DNA from: Patescibacteria group bacterium
GTDB lineage: Bacteria; Patescibacteriota; Patescibacteriia; UBA9934
Assembly: GCA_041659765.1 (NCBI GenBank)
Contig: JBAZXR010000001.1
Location: forward strand, 108,537 to 172,536
Length of the DNA stretch: 64,000 nucleotides
Direction of reading: 5' to 3'
Shown one piece after another: positions 1 through 8,389 of this stretch. A program made the translations under genes and the position numbers. Each line of letters opens with the position of its first letter. The stretch's first letter is position 1. The notes beneath the pieces are model-generated. The model was not told the origin of the DNA. It made no database searches and saw only the letters and a program-made list of their open reading frames with translations.

Positions 1-1329
1 TGGATCCACGCCCGCCGCGACATGGGAAAAGTGGCGTTTTTTGACCTTCGTGACAAGGAGGGCTTGATCCAGGTAGTTGCCGTTCCGGCAGAACTTGGTG
101 ACTCGGCGGAGATCTCGACCAAGCTACGTTCTGAATGGGTGGTCGCTATCACCGGTATCGTTCAAGCACGAGGAGCTAAGCAGGTGAACGACAAATTGAA
201 GACCGGCACCGTTGAGCTCTTGGCGAAGTCGATCGTCGTTCTGAACGAAGCAAAGACGCCTCCATTCGAGATAGACAAGGATACTCGACCAGTCAACGAA
301 GAGGCTCGGCTCACCTATCGCTATCTTGACCTCAGAAGCGAGCGCATGCAGAAGAACCTGCGTACGCGCCATGCGGTGTTCCAGGATATGCGTCACTATT
401 TCAACGAGAAAGGATTTATTGAGGTTGAAACTCCGATCTTGACGAAGGGAACCCCGGAGGGTGCTCGCGAGTTTATTGTTCCTTCACGACCGCACCCGGG
501 GAACTTTTACGTGCTCCCGCAGTCTCCCCAACAGTTTAAGCAGCTCCTCATGGTTGCTGGCGTAGAACGCTATTACCAGCTGGCCAAGTGTTTCCGTGAT
601 GAAGACCAGCGCGGCGACCGTCAGCCGGAATTCACCCAGCTCGACCTTGAAATGAGTTTCGTTGAGAGAGAAGACGTGATGGGCATGATCGAAGAGTTGC
701 TGATCCAGCTCGTGAAAACGCACCGTCCTGACGCGAAGATCCAGCAGTTGCCATTCCCACGGATGACCTACAAGGAATCCATGGAAAAGTACGGCAATGA
801 TCGCCCAGACATTCGTGAAGATAAGAATGACCCGAACCTGTTTGCGTTCTGCTGGGTGATTGATTTTCCGTTCTTCGAAAAGACGGAAGACGGTGGTTGG
901 ACTTTTACGCACAACCCATTCTCCGCAGCACTTCCTGAGTGGCGCGAGAAGCTGGCGAACAAAGAAGACATTGGCAATATTATTACGAGCCAGTACGACA
1001 TTGTGCTTAACGGTTTCGAAATTGGCGGTGGTTCTATCCGCAATCATCAGCCCGAAATGCTCCGTCGAGTCTTTGAGATCATGGGCTTCCCAGCTGAGAC
1101 TATCGATTCCCAGTTTGGCCACATGATGAAGGCCTTTGAGCTTGGCGCACCGCCTCACGGCGGCATTGCGCTCGGTGTAGACCGCGTCATGGCCCTCTTC
1201 CAGGGCGAGGCCAACATCCGCGAAGTCATGGCCTTCCCTAAGGACGGAAACGCCCGCGACCACATGATGGGCGCGCCGTCACCACTCCCTGAAAAGGCGC
1301 TAAAGGAAGCGAATATTAAGCTTTCATAG
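1..1329 (+). CDS. aspS: Aspartyl-tRNA synthetase, C-terminal ~440 aa; the 5' end lies upstream of the window
   Basis: The ORF runs off the window start. The translation carries class II aaRS core motifs (FRDEDxRxDRQPEFTQLD, GGGSIR, motif 3 GxALGxDR) and the anticodon-binding N-terminal part is missing. Confidence 0.9.
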   Translation, partial: WIHARRDMGKVAFFDLRDKEGLIQVVAVPAELGDSAEISTKLRSEWVVAITGIVQARGAKQVNDKLKTGTVELLAKSIVVLNEAKTPPFEIDKDTRPVNEEARLTYRYLDLRSERMQKNLRTRHAVFQDMRHYFNEKGFIEVETPILTKGTPEGAREFIVPSRPHPGNFYVLPQSPQQFKQLLMVAGVERYYQLAKCFRDEDQRGDRQPEFTQLDLEMSFVEREDVMGMIEELLIQLVKTHRPDAKIQQLPFPRMTYKESMEKYGNDRPDIREDKNDPNLFAFCWVIDFPFFEKTEDGGWTFTHNPFSAALPEWREKLANKEDIGNIITSQYDIVLNGFEIGGGSIRNHQPEMLRRVFEIMGFPAETIDSQFGHMMKAFELGAPPHGGIALGVDRVMALFQGEANIREVMAFPKDGNARDHMMGAPSPLPEKALKEANIKLS

Positions 1330-1330
1330 A

Positions 1331-1412
1331 GAAAACAAAAGACCACATATCGCTCGAAAATGGAGTCGGATTACCTCCTAACATTTTCTCGCGACATGTG
1401 GCTTTTGTTTTT
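1331..1412. repeat. Conserved-loop hairpin element, copy 1. An imperfect ~30-bp stem flanks the core TGGAGTCGGATTACCTCCTAACA (1361..1383), followed by a T-run
   Basis: Inverted repeat gaaaacaaaagaccacatatcgctcgaaaa / ttttctcgcgacatgtggcttttgtttt. It sits between convergent aspS and the 1464..1883 minus-strand gene. The same 21-23 nt core recurs at 14861, 14951(rc), 43636(rc), 46550(rc) and 59801. Confidence 0.85.
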
Positions 1413-1463
1413 GGGTGAAAATTAAACGCCCGAGCTAGGCTCGAGCGTGTAGGGCGAGGGGCA

Positions 1464-1883
1464 TCAACCTTCTGAGTTCTTCGTGAGAAGCCAGGCGGCG
1501 ACTGCGCCGAGGATGTAGCCGATGATTTTCTCCTTCGTGAGCGGCTCTCCCAGGATGAGAATGCCACCGAGAGATGTGACAACAAGGATGAGGATCACGT
1601 TCGTACTCATGAGGCCGGAGAAGGAGTACTTGCCTCCCAAGAGCATCGTGAACGTAATGAGTCCGATGATGTCCAACACGGCGCAGACGAAGATGAGGGC
1701 GAACTTTCGTTTATCCGGGACCTCGTTTAAAGTTCCCCGATTGATAATGAGGCTCACCACGGCGGCCGGGATGAAGATCAAGAGTGAGACCCACCCCTGG
1801 CTCACGCCAGCGTAGCGGGCGAGGAGAGGCCACAGGCTGATGCCAATGGCGGAGATGATACAAAGCGTAAGACCGGTGTCCAT
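1464..1883 (-). CDS. Small 4-TM membrane protein (EamA/DMT-like fold suggested)
   Basis: 139 aa ORF with four hydrophobic segments. There is no catalytic motif and similarity is only to the small-transporter pattern. Confidence 0.5.
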   Translation of the reverse strand: MDTGLTLCIISAIGISLWPLLARYAGVSQGWVSLLIFIPAAVVSLIINRGTLNEVPDKRKFALIFVCAVLDIIGLITFTMLLGGKYSFSGLMSTNVILILVVTSLGGILILGEPLTKEKIIGYILGAVAAWLLTKNSEG

Positions 1884-1975
1884 GGATGCTCCCAGGGTTG
1901 GTAAGACGGACGGCGAAGATTACCCAAAAATTGGACAATGGTCAATCTCCCGGGTTCTCTAGTAGAATGTGGGGT

Positions 1976-2677
1976 ATGGAATTCGCTGTTCAGCAAGAGG
2001 CGTTTACGGGGCCACTCGGGCTCTTGTTGGAGTTGATCGAAAGTAAGGAACTATCGATCTCGAAGGTTTCACTCGCCCAGGTGACGGACGAGTATCTGAA
2101 GCGGATGGAGACGGAGAAGGTGCCGATTGATGAACTTGCCGATTTCCTTCTCATTGCCTCGCGTCTCATTTATCTGAAGAGTCGTGAGCTGATGCCGTAC
2201 TTGATGCGGGATGACGATGCGGAAGAGGGAATTGATGAGCTGGAAGAACAGCTCCGAGTCTATAAAGAATTCGTCGAGGCCTCGAAGAAACTTGAGGAGC
2301 GATTCGGCAAGACGACGATGATGGCTCGGCCGTTCGTGAGAGTGAAGCTGACCGAGCCGGTATTTTCGCCGCCGCCATCACTTGATGTCGCGATTCTCTT
2401 TGACGCCTATCGGAACGTGATCAAGAGACTCGAGCCATTCTTTGCACTGCAAGAAACGTCGATGGAGCGCATCAAATCTGTGGAGGAGCGAATCGAAGAG
2501 ATGAAAGGCGCGCTTGAGGCGAGGGCTAAAGTTTCATTTTCAGAGGTTGTGAGCGGAGCCAGGAGTAAAATGGAGGTCGTGGTAAGCTTCTTGGCGCTTC
2601 TGGAACTTTTACGTCGGCAGATCGTGACGGTGGATCAGAAAGGTGCCTTTGGCGAGATTGAACTATCTAAAGTATGA
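1976..2677 (+). CDS. scpA: Segregation and condensation protein A (kleisin)
   Basis: N-terminal ScpA signature (GPLGLLLELIESKELSISKVSLAQVTDEYL) lies immediately upstream of scpB and overlaps it. Start chosen at ATG 1976 (MEFAVQQ...); the ORF track extends it to 1886. Confidence 0.8.
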   Translation: MEFAVQQEAFTGPLGLLLELIESKELSISKVSLAQVTDEYLKRMETEKVPIDELADFLLIASRLIYLKSRELMPYLMRDDDAEEGIDELEEQLRVYKEFVEASKKLEERFGKTTMMARPFVRVKLTEPVFSPPPSLDVAILFDAYRNVIKRLEPFFALQETSMERIKSVEERIEEMKGALEARAKVSFSEVVSGARSKMEVVVSFLALLELLRRQIVTVDQKGAFGEIELSKV

Positions 2678-3228
2678 CCCAGGCTAAGATTTCCGCGCTC
2701 CTTTTCCTTTCTACCAAGCCGCTTTCTGTGCGGTCAATTTCGCAATCTTTGAACCAGAAGGCGAGTGATGTTGAGGCTGATCTGATTACGCTCGCAGAGA
2801 AGATGAATGTGGAGGAATCCGGTATTCACCTTGTACGCACGGGCGACGAATGGCAGCTCGTGACAAACCCGTCTTGCGCCGATGTGGCGAATGCGCTCGT
2901 GAAAGATGAGGCGGGGGAGCTGACCCGGCCGTCACTTGAAGCGCTGACGATTATTGCGTATCGCGGTCCCATTACGAAGCCGGAGATCGAGGCTATTCGT
3001 GGCGTGAACTGCACGCTCATTCTTCGCAACCTGCTTATGCGTGGGCTCGTGACAGAGAAGGACGATTCGCTCAAAGGCCAGCAGGTGTATTCGCTGTCAC
3101 CGGACGCGATGCGGTACTTGGGCCTGCACGACGTGGCTGAGCTTCCGGAGTATGGCGAGCTGCATGCGAACGCGAAGATTGATAAACTGCTCGCGTCTTT
3201 GACGGCGAGTATGACGGACACCGTATGA
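2674..3228 (+). CDS. scpB: Segregation and condensation protein B
   Basis: 184 aa with a tandem winged-helix ScpB pattern (PLSVRSISQSL..., AYRGPITKPEIEAIRGV). Its start overlaps the scpA stop. Confidence 0.8.
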   Translation: MTQAKISALLFLSTKPLSVRSISQSLNQKASDVEADLITLAEKMNVEESGIHLVRTGDEWQLVTNPSCADVANALVKDEAGELTRPSLEALTIIAYRGPITKPEIEAIRGVNCTLILRNLLMRGLVTEKDDSLKGQQVYSLSPDAMRYLGLHDVAELPEYGELHANAKIDKLLASLTASMTDTV

Positions 3229-4193
3229 TCGCTCGCGCTTTAGCTCAACTTATTTTTGCGGCCAGTTTATTTTCGGTGGCACCAGTAGATGCTTCTTTGC
3301 TTGAGAACCAGGTGTCGGCCGCGCCTATTCCGCTTGACGCCGCTCATTTCTTGCTAGCCAGCGGTTATTCTCATCTGTCCCCAGCTGCCGAACGGACAAC
3401 TCCGCCGCCAAAGAAGGTAGTGAGCAACAGTTTTGGCGTGGTGACGAGTGCTGATAGCTCTATTGTGGTTGATGCGAAGAGCGGTGCAACGCTGTATGCA
3501 GAGAAGCCGGACGATGTTCGCCCGATGGGTAGCATAACCAAACTAATGACTGCCGTAGTTTTTCTTGATACGCATCCAGATCTCGCCTCGACGGTGAAGC
3601 TAGTTTCTGATGACTATGTTGGGGGTGGCCGAACATACCTCAAGTTTGATGACGGGGTGAAACTTCGCGATGTTCTTGGGACTGCGCTCGTGGGCTCTGA
3701 TAACACCGCCGCGCATGCGCTCGCTCGACTTTCCGGGATGACGGATGAAGATTTTGTAAAAAAAATGAATGAGAAAGCGCGCGAGCTTCGTATGGCGCAG
3801 TCAGTTTTTGTGGACCCGAGTGGTATTTCTTCGGAGAATGTTTCCACTGCTCGTGATTTGAGCCAACTTCTATTAGCCGCCCAACATTCCGAGGTGCTTA
3901 GAAAGTTTATGGTTTCGCCTACGTTTACTCCGACTCAATCGAGCGGTTTTAGCGTGAACATTGAGAGTACAAATCTTTTGCTTGGATCTGGCGCTAACAG
4001 TGCCTACCAGGTCATGGCGGGAAAAACGGGCTACATCCCGCAGGCTGGCTACTGTCTCGCGACGGTCATTGAACATGACGGCAATAGCGTGGTGATCGTA
4101 GTCCTAGGGGCGCAAAAGATTGACGACAGATTTACGGACGCTAAGAACCTGGCCGTCTGGGCCTTTAAAACTTTTGTATGGCCGAAGCCGTAG
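3225..4193 (+). CDS. D-alanyl-D-alanine carboxypeptidase (S11 / PBP5 family)
   Basis: SxxK (SITKLMTA), SxN (SDNTAA) and KTG (GKTGY) active-site motifs, with an N-terminal signal/anchor. Confidence 0.8.
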   Translation: MIARALAQLIFAASLFSVAPVDASLLENQVSAAPIPLDAAHFLLASGYSHLSPAAERTTPPPKKVVSNSFGVVTSADSSIVVDAKSGATLYAEKPDDVRPMGSITKLMTAVVFLDTHPDLASTVKLVSDDYVGGGRTYLKFDDGVKLRDVLGTALVGSDNTAAHALARLSGMTDEDFVKKMNEKARELRMAQSVFVDPSGISSENVSTARDLSQLLLAAQHSEVLRKFMVSPTFTPTQSSGFSVNIESTNLLLGSGANSAYQVMAGKTGYIPQAGYCLATVIEHDGNSVVIVVLGAQKIDDRFTDAKNLAVWAFKTFVWPKP

Positions 4194-4684
4194 CACATTT
4201 TGTCCTGTCGGTTCTTTCGGGGGTTCCGGCTTGGCTCAAGATAATCGTGCTAGCCATGGTTCCGGTTACCGAGTATCAGTTGGCCATCCCTTATGCGGTT
4301 GAGCGGTTCTATTTTTCACCGGCCGCGGCCTACGCCCTAGCGCTTGGCGGTAGTGCCCTCTTATTTTTTCCGCTTTTCTTCGGATTGGAGTTACTTCGGG
4401 CAGCGCTCACTAAAGTTTGTCCACCGCTTCTGCGGCCTTTGGACGCATTTCTTTTACGCGCGGAGCATAAGCTTAAGAACAGTTATGAGAAATATGGCGC
4501 GCTGGCCTTGTTCTTTTTTCTCGCCATCCCTTTTCCATTTACGGGTATTTGGACTGCGACCACGGCGGCGGTTGTACTAAAAATCCCCTTTCGCGGAGCC
4601 GCGGTGGGGATTTTTTTAGGGGTGCTTGTTGGGCAGGCAATCGTGCTGGCTGCGACGCTCGGAATCGGGACCCTCTTGGCGTAA
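4178..4684 (+). CDS. Polytopic membrane protein (COG2426-like small export protein fold, tentative)
   Basis: 168 aa with 4-5 TM helices. It overlaps the upstream stop by 16 nt. Confidence 0.4.
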   Translation: MAEAVAHFVLSVLSGVPAWLKIIVLAMVPVTEYQLAIPYAVERFYFSPAAAYALALGGSALLFFPLFFGLELLRAALTKVCPPLLRPLDAFLLRAEHKLKNSYEKYGALALFFFLAIPFPFTGIWTATTAAVVLKIPFRGAAVGIFLGVLVGQAIVLAATLGIGTLLA

Positions 4685-4687
4685 CTC

Positions 4688-5188
4688 TTACGCAATCTGT
4701 TCTATAAGTTTGACCACCAAGAGAACGAAGACTGCTTGTGCTACTAGCGCGTAGCGGAGTTTCACGTCACCATAGCTGCGGGAGAAATAATCGTGGAAGT
4801 AGAAGTGGAACTGTCGGTAGGATTTTAAAATACGATTCTTCTTCATGACGTCAGCGACCCCAACCATGAGGTCTGGGAGGACACTGCCGATCACCGCTGC
4901 CGCAAATGGAGTGTTAGCGATGCTATCTGGCTTGACGGCTACAAAGACCATCAATAAAACGATGGACAGAGCGCCGTCTATAGTGGCGTAGGCTACGGGA
5001 GCTAGTTTCTCGTGATTATTGTAGTACCGATCTGCTAACCCTGTATCTCCATGAGGGATCATGTCTACGAGAAAATGGGAAATGGCGCCCAACACAAAGC
5101 CGAGGGCCGGTTCGCCCGCTAAAACGCCAATTCCTGCGCCAATTGCTACGTGTGTCGTAAGGGTCATATTCGCCACGGAGAATAGCAC
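4688..5188 (-). CDS. YdjM-like membrane-bound metal-dependent hydrolase (DUF457) family protein
   Basis: HFLVDMIPH and a C-terminal His/Asp pattern on a hydrophobic protein. Confidence 0.5.
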   Translation of the reverse strand: MLFSVANMTLTTHVAIGAGIGVLAGEPALGFVLGAISHFLVDMIPHGDTGLADRYYNNHEKLAPVAYATIDGALSIVLLMVFVAVKPDSIANTPFAAAVIGSVLPDLMVGVADVMKKNRILKSYRQFHFYFHDYFSRSYGDVKLRYALVAQAVFVLLVVKLIEQIA

Positions 5189-5255
5189 AATTTAGAGAAA
5201 ATGTGAAGGGCGCGGAGGTTTTTTTGACTCGCCCTTGGCGGGGCTCGTTCAGAAC

Positions 5256-5286
5256 AAAAAAGATTCGTCCAAGGACGAATCTTTTT
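5256..5286. terminator. Bidirectional rho-independent terminator hairpin (gattcgtcc aa ggacgaatc) flanked by an A-run and a T-run
   Basis: Perfect 9-bp stem with A6 upstream and T6 downstream, immediately 3' of tRNA-fMet on the minus strand. Confidence 0.7.
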
Positions 5287-5363
5287 TGGTTGCGGGAGCT
5301 GGATTTGAACCAGCGACCTCCGGGTTATGAGCCCGACGAGCTGCCTGGCTGCTCTATCCCGCG
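5287..5363 (-). tRNA. tRNA-fMet (initiator, anticodon CAU)
   Basis: Reverse complement folds as a cloverleaf with a C1xA72 mismatch, three consecutive G-C pairs in the anticodon stem, a CAU anticodon and an encoded CCA. Confidence 0.85.
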
Positions 5364-5400
5364 ACAAAATGATAGCAGAATGTATTTAAAAATGCAACTT

Positions 5401-5477
5401 TGGTGGCCGGGGTGGGAATCGAACCCACGACCTAAGGCTTATGAGTCCTTCGCTCTAACCGACTGAGCTACCCGGCC
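5401..5477 (-). tRNA. tRNA with anticodon CAU (elongator Met or Ile2/lysidine)
   Basis: Acceptor GGCCGGG/CCCGGCC, T-loop TTCGATT and anticodon loop CTCATAA. Met and Ile2 cannot be distinguished by eye. Confidence 0.8.
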
Positions 5478-5492
5478 AAAATTGAATATCTG

Positions 5493-5579
5493 TGGTACCA
5501 CGGGAGGGACTCGAACCCTCAATCCCTTACGAGAAACGGATTTTGAGTCCGTCGCGTATACCATTCCGCCACCGTGGCA
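5493..5579 (-). tRNA. tRNA-Leu (anticodon CAA)
   Basis: 87 nt with a long variable arm, anticodon loop CTCAAAA and a G1-U72 wobble. Confidence 0.8.
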
Positions 5580-5642
5580 CAGATGGGGCACATGGTAGCA
5601 GAACTTAGTAAAAAGGCAAAGTATGTTAGAATATCCCCGACT

Positions 5643-6410
5643 ATGGTCCATGTAGTATCAGTTGTGAATCAAAAAGGAGGGGTAGGGAAGACCACCACGA
5701 GCATGAACTTGGCGGCTTTTTTGGCTGACTTTGGCAAACGGGTGTTATTGGTCGACCTCGACCCCCAGGGCAATGCCACGAGCGGACTCGGCTTCCAACC
5801 GTCTGAACTTTCGGGTACCTATGAGGTGCTCTCCGGCGAAAAGCAGATTCGGGATGTGATTATCCCCACTGCCCATGATCGACTATTCCTCTTGCCAGGA
5901 AATCCCGACCTCGCCGGCAGTCAGGTTGAGCTTGTGAACGAATTTAATCGCGAGCGAAAACTCCAGAATGCGATCGCGCCTCTGAAGGATGACTACGACT
6001 ACATTCTTGTGGATAACCCGCCGTCCCTCGGGCTCCTGACCATTAACGGTCTTGTGGCGAGCGATAGCGTGCTTGTTCCTGTGCAGGCGGAGTATTATGC
6101 TCTTGAAGGACTTGGCCAACTTTTACAAACCGTCGAGCTCGTAAAAACAAACATTAAGCCGGAACTTGCCGTCATGGGGGCAGTGATTACCATGTTTGAC
6201 CCGCGGACGAACCTGGCAAATCAGGTTTTGCAGGAGCTTTACAAGCATTTCCCCGGAAAGATCTTCCGCTCGGTCATTCCCCGCAGCATCAGACTCGCCG
6301 AGGCGCCAAGTTACGGTAAGTCCATCATCCACTACGATCCGCTGAGTAAAGCAGCTAAAGCGTATGAGCGATTGGCTCGTGAGTTCCTGGAACGTGAAAA
6401 AACCGACTAG
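5643..6410 (+). CDS. parA: Chromosome partitioning ATPase ParA/Soj
   Basis: Deviant Walker A KGGVGKTT. Start chosen at ATG 5643 (MVHVVSVVNQKGG...) to avoid overlap with tRNA-Leu; the track start at 5574 overlaps the tRNA. Confidence 0.85.
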   Translation: MVHVVSVVNQKGGVGKTTTSMNLAAFLADFGKRVLLVDLDPQGNATSGLGFQPSELSGTYEVLSGEKQIRDVIIPTAHDRLFLLPGNPDLAGSQVELVNEFNRERKLQNAIAPLKDDYDYILVDNPPSLGLLTINGLVASDSVLVPVQAEYYALEGLGQLLQTVELVKTNIKPELAVMGAVITMFDPRTNLANQVLQELYKHFPGKIFRSVIPRSIRLAEAPSYGKSIIHYDPLSKAAKAYERLAREFLEREKTD

Positions 6411-6447
6411 TTAGACAAAGCGGGGTTTCAAACCCCGCATTTACCAT

Positions 6448-7353
6448 ATGAACAAAGCCAAAGGAGGTTTGGGCAGGGGACTTGGATCACTACTGTCGCC
6501 AATGAGCGTCCCTGTTCAAGCACCGAGTGCTCCAGCTCCCGCCGACTTCACACCGGAACCGATCGATGTAGTGGCCGAGGGTGATTTGCGTATCAAGCAG
6601 GTTTCACCGAAGGATATCGTCGAGAATCCCCGCCAGCCACGCCGGCATTTTGCTCAAGAGGAACTCGCAGAGCTTGAAGAGAGCATTAAAGAGCACGGCA
6701 TTCTACAGCCACTCATCGTCTCTGAAATTTCCCCTGGCAAGTACGAGCTCATTGCCGGTGAACGCCGTCTGCGCGCCTCACGCGGTCTTGGACTCGATAA
6801 GATTCCAGTGGTCATCAGGCCCATGGAGGATGACCGGAAGAAGCTCGAGCTCGCCTTGATCGAAAACATTCAGCGCTCAGACTTGAACCCCGTTGAAGAA
6901 GCACAAGCGTATCGCGCTTTGATTGAGGAGTTCGATCTCCGTCAGGAAGACGTAGCTAAGCGCGTCGGCAAGAGCCGTCCGGCTGTGGCTAACGCCTTAC
7001 GATTGCTTGAGCTCGACGAAGAGATGCTTCAGGCGCTCATCGATGGTCGCATCATGAAAAGCCACGCTCGCACCCTCATGGCCGAGCCCGTTCTCAGCCG
7101 CCGCCAGGCTATTTTTCAGGACCTCTTGAAAGGCGGCGTCACCGTTCGCGAGGTGGAGGCTCGTGCCGGTTCGGCCCGTAACCGCGCCCGCTACGCCAAA
7201 GACCCCAATATCGGCGCCCTAGAAATGGAACTCCGCGAAAAGTTCGGCACAAAGGTTACTATCGACATGCAGAACAGCGGGGGCAAGATTTCTATCTATT
7301 TTTACGCGAAAGAGGATTTGAAGAGCTTAGTTGAGAGATTAGCGAAAGACTAG
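6448..7353 (+). CDS. parB: Chromosome partitioning protein ParB/Spo0J
   Basis: N-terminal GLGRGLGSLL, ParB box GERRLRAS and an HTH region. Confidence 0.85.
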   Translation: MNKAKGGLGRGLGSLLSPMSVPVQAPSAPAPADFTPEPIDVVAEGDLRIKQVSPKDIVENPRQPRRHFAQEELAELEESIKEHGILQPLIVSEISPGKYELIAGERRLRASRGLGLDKIPVVIRPMEDDRKKLELALIENIQRSDLNPVEEAQAYRALIEEFDLRQEDVAKRVGKSRPAVANALRLLELDEEMLQALIDGRIMKSHARTLMAEPVLSRRQAIFQDLLKGGVTVREVEARAGSARNRARYAKDPNIGALEMELREKFGTKVTIDMQNSGGKISIYFYAKEDLKSLVERLAKD

Positions 7354-7380
7354 AGTTGTAAAGTTATAAAGTTGTAAAGA

Positions 7381-7406
7381 AAGAGGCTAATATTGGCCTC
7401 TTTTTT
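7381..7406 (+). terminator. Rho-independent terminator of parB (gaggc taatattg gcctc + T6)
   Basis: Stem-loop followed by a T-run 30 nt after the parB stop. Confidence 0.6.
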
Positions 7407-7417
7407 GTATTAAATCA

Positions 7418-7446
7418 TTGACAAAAGCCCATTTTTCTGCTATAAT
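7418..7446 (+). promoter_or_regulatory. Near-consensus sigma70-type promoter P1 (TTGACA - 17 nt - TATAAT) with a conserved spacer AAAGCCCATTTTTCTGC
   Basis: Exact -35 and -10 hexamers at 17-nt spacing. The spacer is shared with promoters at 7850, 50995, 52460 and 54315. Confidence 0.7.
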
Positions 7447-7490
7447 TTCTTGTCAGAGTAACTCCAACATTCATCTATCGGGAGAAGCCA

Positions 7491-7724
7491 ATGTTTCATA
7501 ACGTTGTTGAAGTGATGCCGCTCGCCCTCGGGCTTACCGTACTGCTCAGCGCCTCAATGACGACGATCTGTACTCTGTCGCCGCTTGCGACGGGTCGAAC
7601 GTGGGGATCGGCGATGAAGGAGATCGGGTGGCTGCTTCCGGGGTCCCATATTCACTTCTGCTACATGTTCGCAATCCTGATCGTGCCTACCGTACTCGGC
7701 GTCATCGTCGGATCCACTCGATAA
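7491..7724 (+). CDS. Small hydrophobic protein (2 TM), function unknown; higher-GC cassette gene
   Basis: 77 aa with its own promoter (P1), an SD GGGAGAAG and a terminator. It has a GC3-rich codon pattern unlike its neighbours. Confidence 0.5.
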   Translation: MFHNVVEVMPLALGLTVLLSASMTTICTLSPLATGRTWGSAMKEIGWLLPGSHIHFCYMFAILIVPTVLGVIVGSTR

Positions 7725-7776
7725 CCGCATCACTTGCAACTCTTTACGAAGAGCCGCAAGGGAGGTGCGGTTTTTC
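7724..7776 (+). terminator. Compound stem-loop followed by a T-run (aaccgca ... tgcggttttt)
   Basis: 7-bp outer stem with an internal hairpin and a T5 run directly after the stop of 7491..7724. Confidence 0.45.
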
Positions 7777-7849
7777 TATTAGCCTCGATACTTTTTCACC
7801 TTTTCAATCTTTTTAACTTTTTTATCTAGTATTAGCTTAATTTTCGTAT

Positions 7850-7878
7850 TATTCCATTGACAAAAGGCCATTTTTCTG
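7850..7878 (+). promoter_or_regulatory. Promoter P2 (TTGACA - AAAGGCCATTTTTCTGC - TATACT)
   Basis: Near-identical copy of P1 including the spacer. Confidence 0.7.
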
Positions 7879-7930
7879 CTATACTAGAAGGGTTTTCTGA
7901 TAGCAAATTTCACATCCTTTTGGAGGCATC

Positions 7931-8329
7931 ATGAAGAACTGCATTTGGTGTGGCGGGAGTCTCGTACCTGTGGACCTGCTCATCAACCAGCCGGAGAACC
8001 GTCGCCACTACTCGAACGCTGAGCTCATCGGATTCACTGATTCGAATGGGTTCCGTTGTGAGAACAGCGAGACATGCGGTGCGTTCTACTGTACGTCGCC
8101 GGGCGGTACCATTGAGGTCCTCGTGGGCAAGGCACGCTACGAACCGCTCAAGGACGGTGACTCGGACTACATCTGGGAGATCGTGGACTCGTGGACCATG
8201 TTCATTGACACCGAAGCCGGAAAGCGGGTCCTCGAAGACGTCCAAATCGAACGGGATTTCAAGCGGTACGGCACGATGGTTGATGACTGCTGGGACTTTC
8301 AAGATCTCGACGACTACGATCCTCTGTAG
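7931..8329 (+). CDS. Cysteine-rich (CxxC ... C ... C) acidic small protein, zinc-ribbon-like N-terminus, function unknown
   Basis: 132 aa (MKNCIWCGG..., FRCENSETCGAFYC) with an acidic C-terminus. It has its own promoter (P2), an SD GGAGG and a higher-GC codon pattern. Confidence 0.5.
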   Translation: MKNCIWCGGSLVPVDLLINQPENRRHYSNAELIGFTDSNGFRCENSETCGAFYCTSPGGTIEVLVGKARYEPLKDGDSDYIWEIVDSWTMFIDTEAGKRVLEDVQIERDFKRYGTMVDDCWDFQDLDDYDPL

Positions 8330-8338
8330 CGGTAACTG

Positions 8339-8388
8339 ACCGCACCCGAAGAGCCTCACCGGCCTTCGCGGTGCGGTTCTTCTTTTTA
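8339..8388. terminator. Bidirectional terminator between the cassette gene and the RSH gene (accgcacc ... ggtgcggt + T-rich)
   Basis: 8-bp stem with a large loop and a T-rich tail, between convergent stops. Confidence 0.45.
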
Positions 8389-8389
8389 T

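Noticed and set aside
124-1346. Antisense ORFs inside aspS (124..396, 484..1263, 768..1043, 1155..1346)
   Set aside because: They sit opposite a highly conserved aaRS coding frame and have no independent support.
5164-5651. ORFs 5164..5367(-), 5203..5466(+), 5439..5651(-) and the 5574 start of the parA ORF
   Set aside because: They overlap three well-formed tRNA genes. parA more plausibly starts at ATG 5643.
7354-7379. Direct repeat AGTTGTAAAG x2 just after parB as a parS-like site
   Set aside because: It is a direct repeat, not the inverted repeat characteristic of parS (tGTTTCACGTGAAACa). No canonical parS was recognised in the window.
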